This document shows positions 37,784 to 46,173 of a stretch of 57,119 bases of DNA, piece by piece. The DNA lies in the NCBI GenBank assembly GCA_964484805.1, contig CAZAGU010000001.1, positions 1 through 57,119 of the forward strand. The letters run 5' to 3'. The position numbers and the translations under genes are program-made. The notes beneath the pieces are model-generated. The model searched no databases. It was given only the letters and a program-made list of their open reading frames with translations, and was not told the origin of the DNA. Positions within the stretch are counted from its first letter, which is position 1. Every line of letters begins with the position of its first letter. This stretch comes from an uncultured bacterium (GTDB lineage Bacteria; Electryoneota; AABM5-125-24; Hatepunaeales; Hatepunaeaceae).

Positions 37784-38425
37784 ATGACGGATAAAAAACA
37801 ACTGAGTTCAGCCGCTCGATTCGGCAAGGAATTCACCAAGGGCATTGTCATCTCAAATCCGGTCTTCGTCCTGACACTGGGATTATGTCCGACGCTTGCC
37901 GTGACCAATACAATCGACAACGCTCTGGGAATGGGCGCGGGTGTGATTTTTGTGCTACTCTGCGCGAATGTCATCATCTCGCTACTGCGGAATGTCATCC
38001 CGAACATGGTGCGGATTCCGGTTTTTATCGTGATTATCGCGACCTTCGTCACCATCCTCAGCCTTGTGTTTGAGGCTTATGTGCCAGCGTTGTATGAATC
38101 GCTGGGGATTTATCTGCCGCTGATCGTGGTCAACTGCATCATTCTCGGCAGGGCGGAAGTGTTCGCCTCGAAGAATGGCATTGTCCTATCCATCAGCGAT
38201 GCGTTTGGCATTGGCGTTGGCTTTACGCTGGCGCTGGTCATCATTGCCATCTGCCGTGAATTGCTGGGTGCGGGAAGCCTGTCCTTGTTTGGGACGATTT
38301 ACATCAAGCTTCCTGTGCTGTTCAACGAGCCGATGGCGTTCTTCATTCTGGCACCGGGAGCGTTCCTGGTGATTGGGCTGTTGCTGGCGTTGTTCCGTTG
38401 GGTGGGAGTGATTGACAATGAGTAA
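37784..38425 (+). CDS. rnfE: Rnf complex subunit E
   Basis: NqrD/RnfE family. NPVFVLTLGLCPTLAVT, LGIYLPLIVVNCIILGRAE. Confidence 0.92.
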   Translation: MTDKKQLSSAARFGKEFTKGIVISNPVFVLTLGLCPTLAVTNTIDNALGMGAGVIFVLLCANVIISLLRNVIPNMVRIPVFIVIIATFVTILSLVFEAYVPALYESLGIYLPLIVVNCIILGRAEVFASKNGIVLSISDAFGIGVGFTLALVIIAICRELLGAGSLSLFGTIYIKLPVLFNEPMAFFILAPGAFLVIGLLLALFRWVGVIDNE

Positions 38426-38993
38426 TCTATTTGGAATTTTTATTGTAACGGCGATTGTCAACAACCTTGTTCTCGCCAAGTTTCTCGGTCTGTGCCCGTT
38501 CTTTGGTGTGTCCAAGAAAACATCGAACGCCGTCAGCATGGGCATCGCGGTAACACTGGTGATGGTGATAGCATCGGTGGCAACTTTCCTGATCGAGCGG
38601 TTCATTTTGATTCCGTTCTCGGTCGAATACATGAACATCGTCGTCTATATTCTCGTCATCGCTTCGCTGGTGCAGATCACCGAGATCACCATCAAGCGGA
38701 CGAACGTGACGCTGTATAATGCACTGGGAATTTTCCTGCCGCTCATCACCACAAACTGCGCCGTTCTGGGCATCACGCTGATAAACTCTTCGGAAGGATT
38801 CAATCTGATCGAGGCTATCGTCAGCGCGTTGGGTGCTGGTGTCGGTTTCAGCCTGGTGCTGGTCATTATGTCGGGCATACGCGAGAAGCTTGAGCTTTGC
38901 GACTGTCCGAAGACGATGAAGGGATTGCCGCTGGCGTTTATCACCGCGGCGCTCCTGGCTTTGGCGTTCATGGGCTTTGCAGGAATGGTTTAA
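38418..38993 (+). CDS. rnfA: Rnf complex subunit A
   Basis: NqrE/RnfA family. VNNLVLAKFLGLCPFFGVS, LGIFLPLITTNCAVLG. The ATG at 38418 overlaps the rnfE stop; the TTG at 38412 is also possible. Confidence 0.92.
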   Translation: MSNLFGIFIVTAIVNNLVLAKFLGLCPFFGVSKKTSNAVSMGIAVTLVMVIASVATFLIERFILIPFSVEYMNIVVYILVIASLVQITEITIKRTNVTLYNALGIFLPLITTNCAVLGITLINSSEGFNLIEAIVSALGAGVGFSLVLVIMSGIREKLELCDCPKTMKGLPLAFITAALLALAFMGFAGMV

Positions 38994-39007
38994 GGAGGAT
39001 ATGAATA

Positions 39008-39901
39008 ATGATCGGCGCGATTATAGCATTAACATCGGTAGGATTGGGTTGCGGCGTTTTGATTTTAATCGTCAGCAGTGTTCTGCCACCCGAACCTGAA
39101 TCATTCCGCAAAGTTCAGGAATTGACCGAGCATTTGCCGGGTTTAAACTGCGGCGCATGTGGCGAAGCTGGGTGTTTTGCCTATGCTCAGGCATTGGTGA
39201 TTGATAAAGAGCACTTCAACGAATGCCCCTGTCCGGGTGTGTTGCAGGATGAGGACATGTTGGCGGCATTGCAGGAAGCACTTGACCTTAAGATTGACGC
39301 TTCAGCCATGGGCAAGAAGGCGTTTATTTCCTGCGCTGGCGATAATGAAATCATTGGTTTGTACAACGGTGTGAATTCCTGCAAGACCTCGGCGTTGCTG
39401 TTGCACGGCTTCAAACAGTGTCCTTTCGGTTGTTTCGGGCTGGGCGATTGCGCGACAGTCTGCCCGGAGGACGCCATCACCATTGATCCGAAGCTCCATG
39501 TGGCAAAGGTGGACTGGGACAAGTGTATAGGATGTGGCTTGTGTGTGATCGAATGTCCGCACAACCTGATAACGCTGGTTTCGTCGGACACCAAGCTGGC
39601 GCTGGCTTGCAGTTATCTGCCGATGCGGGACATTCCCGGTCGAGGCAAATGCGAGCGCGGCTGTCTGCACTGCCGCAAGTGTGTGCGAGCCTGTGACTAC
39701 GATGCCATCGAATGGGATAAAGACAAAGGCATTCCGATTTTCCACAGCGAGAATTGTGTGCTCTGTGGCGCGTGTATTGCGGTTTGTAATCCTGGAGCGA
39801 TTATCCAGACAACCGACGAGCCATTGCATCCTGAACTAATCAAAGAGAAGCCAAAGGCGAAACCGAAGCCTATAGCGAAAACCGCAACGGCAGAAGTTTA
39901 A
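39008..39901 (+). CDS. rnfB: Rnf complex subunit B (polyferredoxin)
   Basis: N-terminal TM segment. LPGLNCGACGEAGCFAYA (4Fe-4S/Fe-S N-domain), then CIGCGLCVIECP, CRKCVRACD and CVLCGACIAVCNP. AAGGAGG lies 8 nt upstream. Confidence 0.9.
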   Translation: MIGAIIALTSVGLGCGVLILIVSSVLPPEPESFRKVQELTEHLPGLNCGACGEAGCFAYAQALVIDKEHFNECPCPGVLQDEDMLAALQEALDLKIDASAMGKKAFISCAGDNEIIGLYNGVNSCKTSALLLHGFKQCPFGCFGLGDCATVCPEDAITIDPKLHVAKVDWDKCIGCGLCVIECPHNLITLVSSDTKLALACSYLPMRDIPGRGKCERGCLHCRKCVRACDYDAIEWDKDKGIPIFHSENCVLCGACIAVCNPGAIIQTTDEPLHPELIKEKPKAKPKPIAKTATAEV

Positions 39902-39915
39902 CTGGATTGCCTCGT

Positions 39916-39956
39916 AATAATCCCCTTGCTTTCATCAGGCAGGGGGATTATTTTTT
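39916..39956 (+). terminator. Rho-independent terminator after rnfB
   Basis: AATAATCCCCTTGCtttcatcagGCAGGGGGATTATT followed by TTTT. Confidence 0.78.
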
Positions 39957-40256
39957 AGCGATTCGGTCTAATTAGGGCTGATTTTTTTAGTCAGGATAAA
40001 ATCAAACATTTGGATTTTGTTTTCCGATTCTGGTTATATATATTTAATGGTCGTCAACTTGCCTTTAATGTGAAAGGACTTATGTTTAAGCTTGCACTCA
40101 TCATGGATCTTGCGAAATAAAGGTGGTAACTGGATACGTTCGTTAACTGACTCCGGTCCCCCCTGTTTCCTTGATCCCATTCCTTCAATCCGCCGTTATT
40201 TTTCGGTCGGATAGGGTTTTTATTGCCATTAATGGAAAAAATGCAGAGAGCAAGAA

Positions 40257-41327
40257 ATGTTTGAACTTTCATCCTTAGGATTTTCCCCCTTTTTTGAAAA
40301 CCAACTCGAAGACTCGACTTTAGACAAAAAACGACTCGCGCGGATCATAGCCGAACACCGCAACGAGTTCGAAACTCTTTCTATAGACGGAGCCGGAAAA
40401 GCACGCCTTTCCGGGCGGCAGCTCACTGAGCTCAAAGGTGAAATGTTGCCAAAAGTGGGCGATTGGGTGGTCTTGGATTTTTCAGATGAGATCGTCTTTA
40501 TCGAACGGGTACTCGCCCGGAAAACGTCACTGAATCGAGGTTCCGCGAGCAAAGAGGGCGTTAGCCAAGTACTGGCGACTAATGTCGATGTGGTTTTCAT
40601 CGTCGCGGGTTTGGATTTGGCGCTGAACCCAAACCGAATTGAGCGCTATCTGTCACTAGTCTGGTCGAGCGGCGCTATGCCTATTGTTGTGCTGAACAAG
40701 ACTGATTTAGTGGAGGATACTTCCGCTTTAAAACTCGAAACCGAAATCCATAGCCCGGGTGTAGATGTGATACTTGCCAGCTCGAAAACGACCGAGGGCT
40801 TGCAGGAAATCCATTCGCAACTGCGCCCTGGGATTACCGCGGCGTTTGTTGGGCCGTCGGGCGTGGGTAAATCGACCCTGATCAACACGCTGACCGGCAA
40901 AAACATGATGGACACCGGAGCAGTTCGTGGCGTGGATTCAAAAGGACGCCATACCACGGTTCATCGTCAGTTGATCGTGCTTCCCGATGGCGGCTTGGTG
41001 ATTGATACACCCGGATTGCGTGAACTGCAGCTTGTCGAAAGCGATGGCATTGCGTCGGTCTTTCCGGAAATTGAGGCTCTGGCTGACCAGTGTCGTTTCA
41101 GTGACTGCACGCATCAATCGGAACCCGGATGCGCGGTAAAAGATGGCATTGAGCGCGGTTTAATCAAGCCTGATCGCTATGAGCATTATCTGAAACTTCA
41201 GCATGACGCGCAATCGTTCGAGATGCGCCATGACGTGCATTTGCGCCGTCAATCCGAGCGCGTCTGGGGAAATATCTGCCGCGAAGGGAAGACGATAACG
41301 CGTTTAAAAAAAGGAATCCGCGGGTAG
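40257..41327 (+). CDS. rsgA: Ribosome small-subunit-dependent GTPase A (RsgA/YjeQ)
   Basis: Circularly permuted GTPase: VLNKTDL (G4) precedes GPSGVGKSTLINTL (G1). Zn-finger: CRFSDCTHQSEPGCAV. Confidence 0.93.
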   Translation: MFELSSLGFSPFFENQLEDSTLDKKRLARIIAEHRNEFETLSIDGAGKARLSGRQLTELKGEMLPKVGDWVVLDFSDEIVFIERVLARKTSLNRGSASKEGVSQVLATNVDVVFIVAGLDLALNPNRIERYLSLVWSSGAMPIVVLNKTDLVEDTSALKLETEIHSPGVDVILASSKTTEGLQEIHSQLRPGITAAFVGPSGVGKSTLINTLTGKNMMDTGAVRGVDSKGRHTTVHRQLIVLPDGGLVIDTPGLRELQLVESDGIASVFPEIEALADQCRFSDCTHQSEPGCAVKDGIERGLIKPDRYEHYLKLQHDAQSFEMRHDVHLRRQSERVWGNICREGKTITRLKKGIRG

Positions 41328-41479
41328 CGAATATTGCCGGGATTGGCTTCTGGAAATCCTTTCACAGGGTCGGATGGCGTGAAAATTTGTGTTGTCTGGC
41401 TCTGTGGATGGGTTAAAGGAAATCAACTTGCTCAATACAGATTTATCTTTAATGGTCACAAATTTCTCTGTGTGTTTTT

Positions 41480-42034
41480 TTATTCATTGAATTTTTTTAG
41501 ATACTTTTCCCGACAATAGTCGGGACATAAAAATTCCACGTTAATACCTTTTTCCTTGAGAGCGTCCTTCCAACCCCACCATTTGCTGTCAGTTGCTTGT
41601 AAGATGGGTGGTTTTTGGGGATGAGCGTTTGCCACTGCAACGAATTTGCGATCTGATAAATCAAAATCCTTTAACCCTTCGTGCATAGGAAATTCTTTAT
41701 AACTATCTCCTTGCTTTGTAATTTTTACACGGTAATCCTGTGGAAGTTGCCACCGAAAATCATGCACCAATTTTAGGAACATATCTCCGACGCCAGGCTG
41801 ACCTTGCAGGTTAAGTTTATGTCTATATTCATCATATATCTCGTTGCCTTCATCCATGACAAATGATTTATTATTTGAAACCTGTCGTATTGCCTCAACA
41901 CAATTTTCAATGCATTCAATTAATGACAAATCAGTAATATCATTGAGGTCTCTAACTTTATTCGCTGTGATAGGCACGTTAGTATCAACAACACACTTGG
42001 TTGGAAATTTAGCCATTTGCGTCCTCACGGGCAT
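41480..42034 (-). CDS. PIN-like domain protein (putative nuclease effector), partner of the upstream ATPase
   Basis: KCVVDTNVPITAN is the first PIN Asp motif. MDEGNEIYDEY and DLSDRKFVAVANA supply further acidic positions in PIN-like order. Its start (42034 or ATG 42016) overlaps the ATPase stop at 42009. AT-rich. Confidence 0.6.
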   Translation of the reverse strand: MPVRTQMAKFPTKCVVDTNVPITANKVRDLNDITDLSLIECIENCVEAIRQVSNNKSFVMDEGNEIYDEYRHKLNLQGQPGVGDMFLKLVHDFRWQLPQDYRVKITKQGDSYKEFPMHEGLKDFDLSDRKFVAVANAHPQKPPILQATDSKWWGWKDALKEKGINVEFLCPDYCREKYLKKFNE

Positions 42035-43424
42035 CTAAAATCTGTTGTTTCCTTCTACTTAAGGCTGCTTTTGATTGTTCTACGATATCGGTCATTTCAT
42101 CTCCGAAGAAGTCCTTTGGCCAATTTTCTATATTGCCGAACAGATCAATCTGAAGAGGAATTAATTTAGCTGGATGTTGTGTGGCATCAGCGAAATATGC
42201 CGCAACATCATCTTTCGAGATGGTTTCATCGGCGATTCTTCGCTGAATTCGTCTGAGAAAATGTTCGGAGTGAGTCTCAATAATCAATTGAACATTTCTA
42301 TCGTTATTATTTTCTCGAGCTTTTACAGCATCAATCATTACATCAGCCAGAGCAGATTGGGCGCTGGGGTGCAGATGAATTTCGGGTTGTTCCATTATAA
42401 TTATCGAATTCTTAGGAGCATAAAACACCTGAGTGATAACAGGAAGCACCTGTGAAACACCGAATCCAACATCAGGCAAACTCACATAAGAATTTGACCC
42501 TTTAGTTTTTAGTTTCACTTCATATTCGTGCCTTCCTTCCGCAATAGCTTTAACCTTAAAATCATCAATTATATTCATTTCTTTTAATTTTTTTGCAATA
42601 ACTTCACTAAATGATTTGTAACGCGTATTTTTTCCGAAATTAATCTTTCGATTTCTTGCTGCAAGAATTGCAGCTATAGTATTTTCTCCAGAATACCCGA
42701 CACTTTCTGGTTCATTGCCTGACCATGAATAAATCCGTTCTGTTTTTGTTCTTAGTGGACCTAAATAGAACATCGAGCCAAACATATTCTCGTGGTGAAG
42801 GTTTAGTCCTTTAACGAAATCTGCGTTTTGATGGTAGGCAACAAACTCATCAGTAAATCCATAAAATCGCATAGGATTTCCAAGATCCCATGGTCTTCCC
42901 TTTTGCCTGACTAACTTAAACTTTTCTTTATCGCATTCAGCTGAATAGTTCCCCTTGTTATCCTTGATATTCATGCCAATAGAGATCAAATCAATGCCTT
43001 CATCGTTGTAGAGTGTATAATTAAAATTGGCAACAGATAGTGCAGGTTTCTCCTTGTCTCTAAATTCAAGTGCAGATTCAAAAAGTAATGATTTCCCTTT
43101 GTATGGATTATTGGTTACTGGGTCTTTAATGGTCAATGACTCAGGCATATTCCATTTATATTGGAATTTAATGTCATTTTCTGTGTTTCGTTCAAAAACC
43201 ATTTCATTGAAGGAACCGAGTTGAACAGGGGAATTGTTTTCTCCGGGAAAGAGTACAGCTTTTCTGTCCGCAGATTCCACGGTTTGTTTCAGCATCATCA
43301 GGAACTGACCGATACTCGATTTTCCAGAGCTGTTTGTTCCGAAAAATATGGTGATAGGCGCTAAACGTATTCGACCTGTATCTTTCCAGATTTTAAAGTT
43401 TTGGATTCTTAGTTCGTTCAGCAT
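42009..43424 (-). CDS. ABC/SMC-type AAA ATPase with DUF3696-like C-terminal region
   Basis: LRIQNFKIW...ITIFFGTNSSGKSS (Walker A), YLGPLR, signature-like DVGFGVSQVLP, Walker B IIIMEQPEIHLHP, H-loop IIETHSEH, and C-terminal ...IENWPKDFFGDE. GGGAG lies upstream of the ATG. Confidence 0.82.
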   Translation of the reverse strand: MLNELRIQNFKIWKDTGRIRLAPITIFFGTNSSGKSSIGQFLMMLKQTVESADRKAVLFPGENNSPVQLGSFNEMVFERNTENDIKFQYKWNMPESLTIKDPVTNNPYKGKSLLFESALEFRDKEKPALSVANFNYTLYNDEGIDLISIGMNIKDNKGNYSAECDKEKFKLVRQKGRPWDLGNPMRFYGFTDEFVAYHQNADFVKGLNLHHENMFGSMFYLGPLRTKTERIYSWSGNEPESVGYSGENTIAAILAARNRKINFGKNTRYKSFSEVIAKKLKEMNIIDDFKVKAIAEGRHEYEVKLKTKGSNSYVSLPDVGFGVSQVLPVITQVFYAPKNSIIIMEQPEIHLHPSAQSALADVMIDAVKARENNNDRNVQLIIETHSEHFLRRIQRRIADETISKDDVAAYFADATQHPAKLIPLQIDLFGNIENWPKDFFGDEMTDIVEQSKAALSRRKQQILDAREDANG

Positions 43425-43452
43425 GAAAAACTCCCATGGTTAATTTATATTC

Positions 43453-43481
43453 ATTATAATCTTTGATCAAATCCATTACAA
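43453..43481 (-). promoter_or_regulatory. Candidate sigma70 promoter for the ATPase/PIN cassette
   Basis: On the minus strand: TTGTAA-N17-TATAAT, about 30 nt upstream of the ATPase ATG. Confidence 0.3.
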
Positions 43482-43669
43482 CTCTCTTTCTTGGTTAAAT
43501 TGATAGTTAGGTTATAATTTCTTTCCGATTGAAAATTTCTCCCGCCTTTTTCCCTTCATCTATTCCCGCAATGCCCCTAAAAGGTGCAAAATGGCTTTCA
43601 CCGTTGTATCTTATCTCACTTCAAACATCTGTAAAACAGATAGTACGTTCCTCAAACATCAAGTTACAA

Positions 43670-44428
43670 ATGCGAATTCTCATCTCCAATGACGACGGAT
43701 ACAGCGCACCCGGTATTCGGGCGCTTTACGATGCCCTGGAATCACTCGGCGAAGTCTGGCTCTCTGCGCCCGCCTCAGAGCGGAGCGGAGTCAGCCATTC
43801 CTTTACTATGCGCGATGTCCTGCGAGTTGATAATGTCGATTGGGTTGCAGGAGGTCGCGGATTTGCTGTTCATGGAATGCCCGTTGATTCCGTAAAACTT
43901 GCCATACGATCTCTGATGGATGGTATGCCGGATATCGTCGTGTCTGGAATCAATCAAGGTGAAAACACCGGCGTTGATCTGCTGTACAGTGGCACAGTCG
44001 CCGCCGCTATGGAAGGAGCAATACTCGGAGTGCCTTCAGTGGCAGTATCTTTGGCTTCCAAGAGGTATAATGATTTCTCAGTCGCGGCGAAATATGCCCA
44101 GCAGGTGGTTGAGCAGGTTTTAGCGCATGGCATCCCCAAGGGGAATTTGATCAATGTTAATGTTCCACCGTTATCATTGGCTGAAATCAAAGGCGTCCGC
44201 TTGACCAAGCAGGGTGCTTCGCGGTATATTGAACAAGTGAGATGTGAAAAAGGTAAAAATGGTGTCGATTGCCATTGGACTGAGTACCACAAGGAACTGA
44301 CCGAAGACGGCGCGGGCACGGATATAGAGGCGATACGCGATGGCTATGTCTCAATCACGCCAGTTCATGCGCGGATGACCGAAACCAGGATGTTGAAGAC
44401 GTTGGAAGACTGGGATTTTGGCGTTTAG
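43670..44428 (+). CDS. surE: 5'/3'-nucleotidase SurE
   Basis: MRILISNDDGYSAPGIRALYDAL, SGINQGENTGVDLLYSGTVAAAMEG. The ATG at 43670 is preferred over the listed 43529 extension. Confidence 0.93.
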   Translation: MRILISNDDGYSAPGIRALYDALESLGEVWLSAPASERSGVSHSFTMRDVLRVDNVDWVAGGRGFAVHGMPVDSVKLAIRSLMDGMPDIVVSGINQGENTGVDLLYSGTVAAAMEGAILGVPSVAVSLASKRYNDFSVAAKYAQQVVEQVLAHGIPKGNLINVNVPPLSLAEIKGVRLTKQGASRYIEQVRCEKGKNGVDCHWTEYHKELTEDGAGTDIEAIRDGYVSITPVHARMTETRMLKTLEDWDFGV

Positions 44429-44439
44429 TGTGGTAATTG

Positions 44440-44582
44440 CCTTTGTGCTGTTATCCCAACGAAGTCTGGGATCCGTAGCCCGGAAGCGACTGCATTCCGG
44501 GGCTAATAATTAACCGCCAAGGGCACAAAGGATTGTGTAGCTGGGGATGAATGCGATGGATACCTGCCTTCGCAGGTATGAC
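44440..44582. repeat. Cluster C of REP-like hairpins
   Basis: CCTTTGTGC...GCACAAAGG encloses TAGCCCGGAAgcgactgcaTTCCGGGGCTA. GAATGCGATGGATACCTGCCTTCGCAGGTATGAC at 44549-44582 is the reverse complement of the 4062-4095 unit. Confidence 0.65.
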
Positions 44583-44614
44583 ATTTAGGATTTAATGTTT
44601 AGATCGGAAATATA

Positions 44615-46159
44615 GTGTTGAAACCAGAAGAAACGGTTCTTATACTCGATTTCGGCTCACAATTCACCCAGCTCATCGCGCGAAGGTGTCGAGAGGAAGG
44701 TGTGTTCAGCCGCATTGAAGCTTGGGATTTGTCTCAAGCGGAAATCGAAAAGATCAACCCGATTGGGATTATCCTTTCGGGAGGTCCCAGCTCAACCTAC
44801 GATCAAGGCGCTCCCAGTCGTTGGGATGATCTGGTCGAGTTGAACCTGTCCATACTCGGCATTTGCTACGGGATGCAACTCATGACGCTGGGCAATGGCG
44901 GCAAGGTTGAAGCTTCGGCGCGCCGCGAATATGGCAGAGCGTTGGTCGAAGTCATTCAACCATCTCAGCTTCTGAAAGGTTTAACTGAAGCCGAGCAGGT
45001 TTGGATGAGCCATGGCGATCATGTTTCGGTGCCACCGCCCGGCTGGAATCTGACGGGAATGAGTGATTCGGGCATTGTTGCGGCAATCGAGAATCCCGAC
45101 CTTAAGTTCTATGGTGTGCAATTCCACCCTGAAGTAAGCCATACGCTTTCCGGTGATGTGATCCTCAGAAATTTCCTCTATGAAATATGCGGCGCCAAAG
45201 GTGGCTGGAATATGGGAGCCTTCGCTGAAAATGTTGTCGAAGAGCTTAAGATCATGATCGGCGACCGGAAGGTCATCGGGGCATTTTCTGGTGGCGTGGA
45301 TTCCGCTGTTGCCGCCACACTGGTTCATCAAGCTATTGGCGATCAACTGCGCCTGGTGCTGGTTGACAACGGGCTTTTGCGCAAAGATGAAGCCAAGCAG
45401 GTCAAAGAAGTTTTCGAGCCAAGATTTGGTGACAGTTTACATATTGTTGATGCCAGCCAGCAATTTTATGACGACCTCAAGGGCGTGGATGACCCTGAGA
45501 AGAAACGCAAGTTAATTGGCCATCGCTTCATCAAAGTATTTCAGGACGAAGCGAAGAAATTCACCGATGCAAAACTATTGCTTCAAGGGACATTATACCC
45601 TGATGTGATCGAGTCCTCACATTCTCGAGGTCCCGCCGCGGTGATTAAAACTCATCACAACGTTGGTGGATTGCCTGATTTGCTGGGTTTGGAATTAATC
45701 GAACCGCTTCGTGATCTATTCAAAGATGAAGTGCGTAAAGTCGGCAGGGAAATCGGCTTACCGGAACATATCGTTATGCGTCATCCGTTCCCTGGACCCG
45801 GCTTGGCTGTGAGAATTCTGGGAGCTTTAACACCTGAAGCTGTGAGAATCGTTCAGGAAGCCGATGCGATATTCATCGAAGAATTACGGAAATCCGGCTG
45901 GTATGAGCGGGTTTCGCAGGCGTTATCCGTGCTTCTGCCGATCAGGACGGTGGGCGTGATGGGCGATGCTCGAACTTATGACCAAGTTCTGGCGCTTAGG
46001 TCTGTGGACAGTCGCGACTTCATGACGGCTGAATACAGCCCACTACCGCATGATCTGTTGGCGAAAATTTCATCCCGCATTACTGGTGAAGTGTCCGGTG
46101 TCAACCGGGTTGTGTATGACATAACCTCAAAACCCCCGGCGACGGTGGAATGGGAATAA
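44615..46159 (+). CDS. guaA: GMP synthase (glutamine-hydrolysing)
   Basis: GATase: ILGICYGMQ and FHPEV. PP-loop: AFSGGVDS. C-terminal dimerisation domain ending PPATVEWE. GTG start. Confidence 0.95.
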   Translation: MLKPEETVLILDFGSQFTQLIARRCREEGVFSRIEAWDLSQAEIEKINPIGIILSGGPSSTYDQGAPSRWDDLVELNLSILGICYGMQLMTLGNGGKVEASARREYGRALVEVIQPSQLLKGLTEAEQVWMSHGDHVSVPPPGWNLTGMSDSGIVAAIENPDLKFYGVQFHPEVSHTLSGDVILRNFLYEICGAKGGWNMGAFAENVVEELKIMIGDRKVIGAFSGGVDSAVAATLVHQAIGDQLRLVLVDNGLLRKDEAKQVKEVFEPRFGDSLHIVDASQQFYDDLKGVDDPEKKRKLIGHRFIKVFQDEAKKFTDAKLLLQGTLYPDVIESSHSRGPAAVIKTHHNVGGLPDLLGLELIEPLRDLFKDEVRKVGREIGLPEHIVMRHPFPGPGLAVRILGALTPEAVRIVQEADAIFIEELRKSGWYERVSQALSVLLPIRTVGVMGDARTYDQVLALRSVDSRDFMTAEYSPLPHDLLAKISSRITGEVSGVNRVVYDITSKPPATVEWE

Positions 46160-46173
46160 ATTTAAGAGTGACA

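Noticed and set aside
43529-43669. N-terminal extensions offered by the ORF track: surE from 43529, rnfD from 36122, flbD from 21121, the lipoprotein from 27991, the TPR/PBP protein from 46150.
   Set aside because: Family-typical N-termini or signal peptides begin at internal ATGs with better Shine-Dalgarno spacing. The extensions overlap upstream genes or intergenic repeats.
41328-43669. The ATPase/PIN islet as a mobile element with integrase, transposase or flanking direct repeats.
   Set aside because: No recombinase gene, tRNA target or terminal repeats are visible by eye. Only the compositional shift and the strand inversion support horizontal origin.
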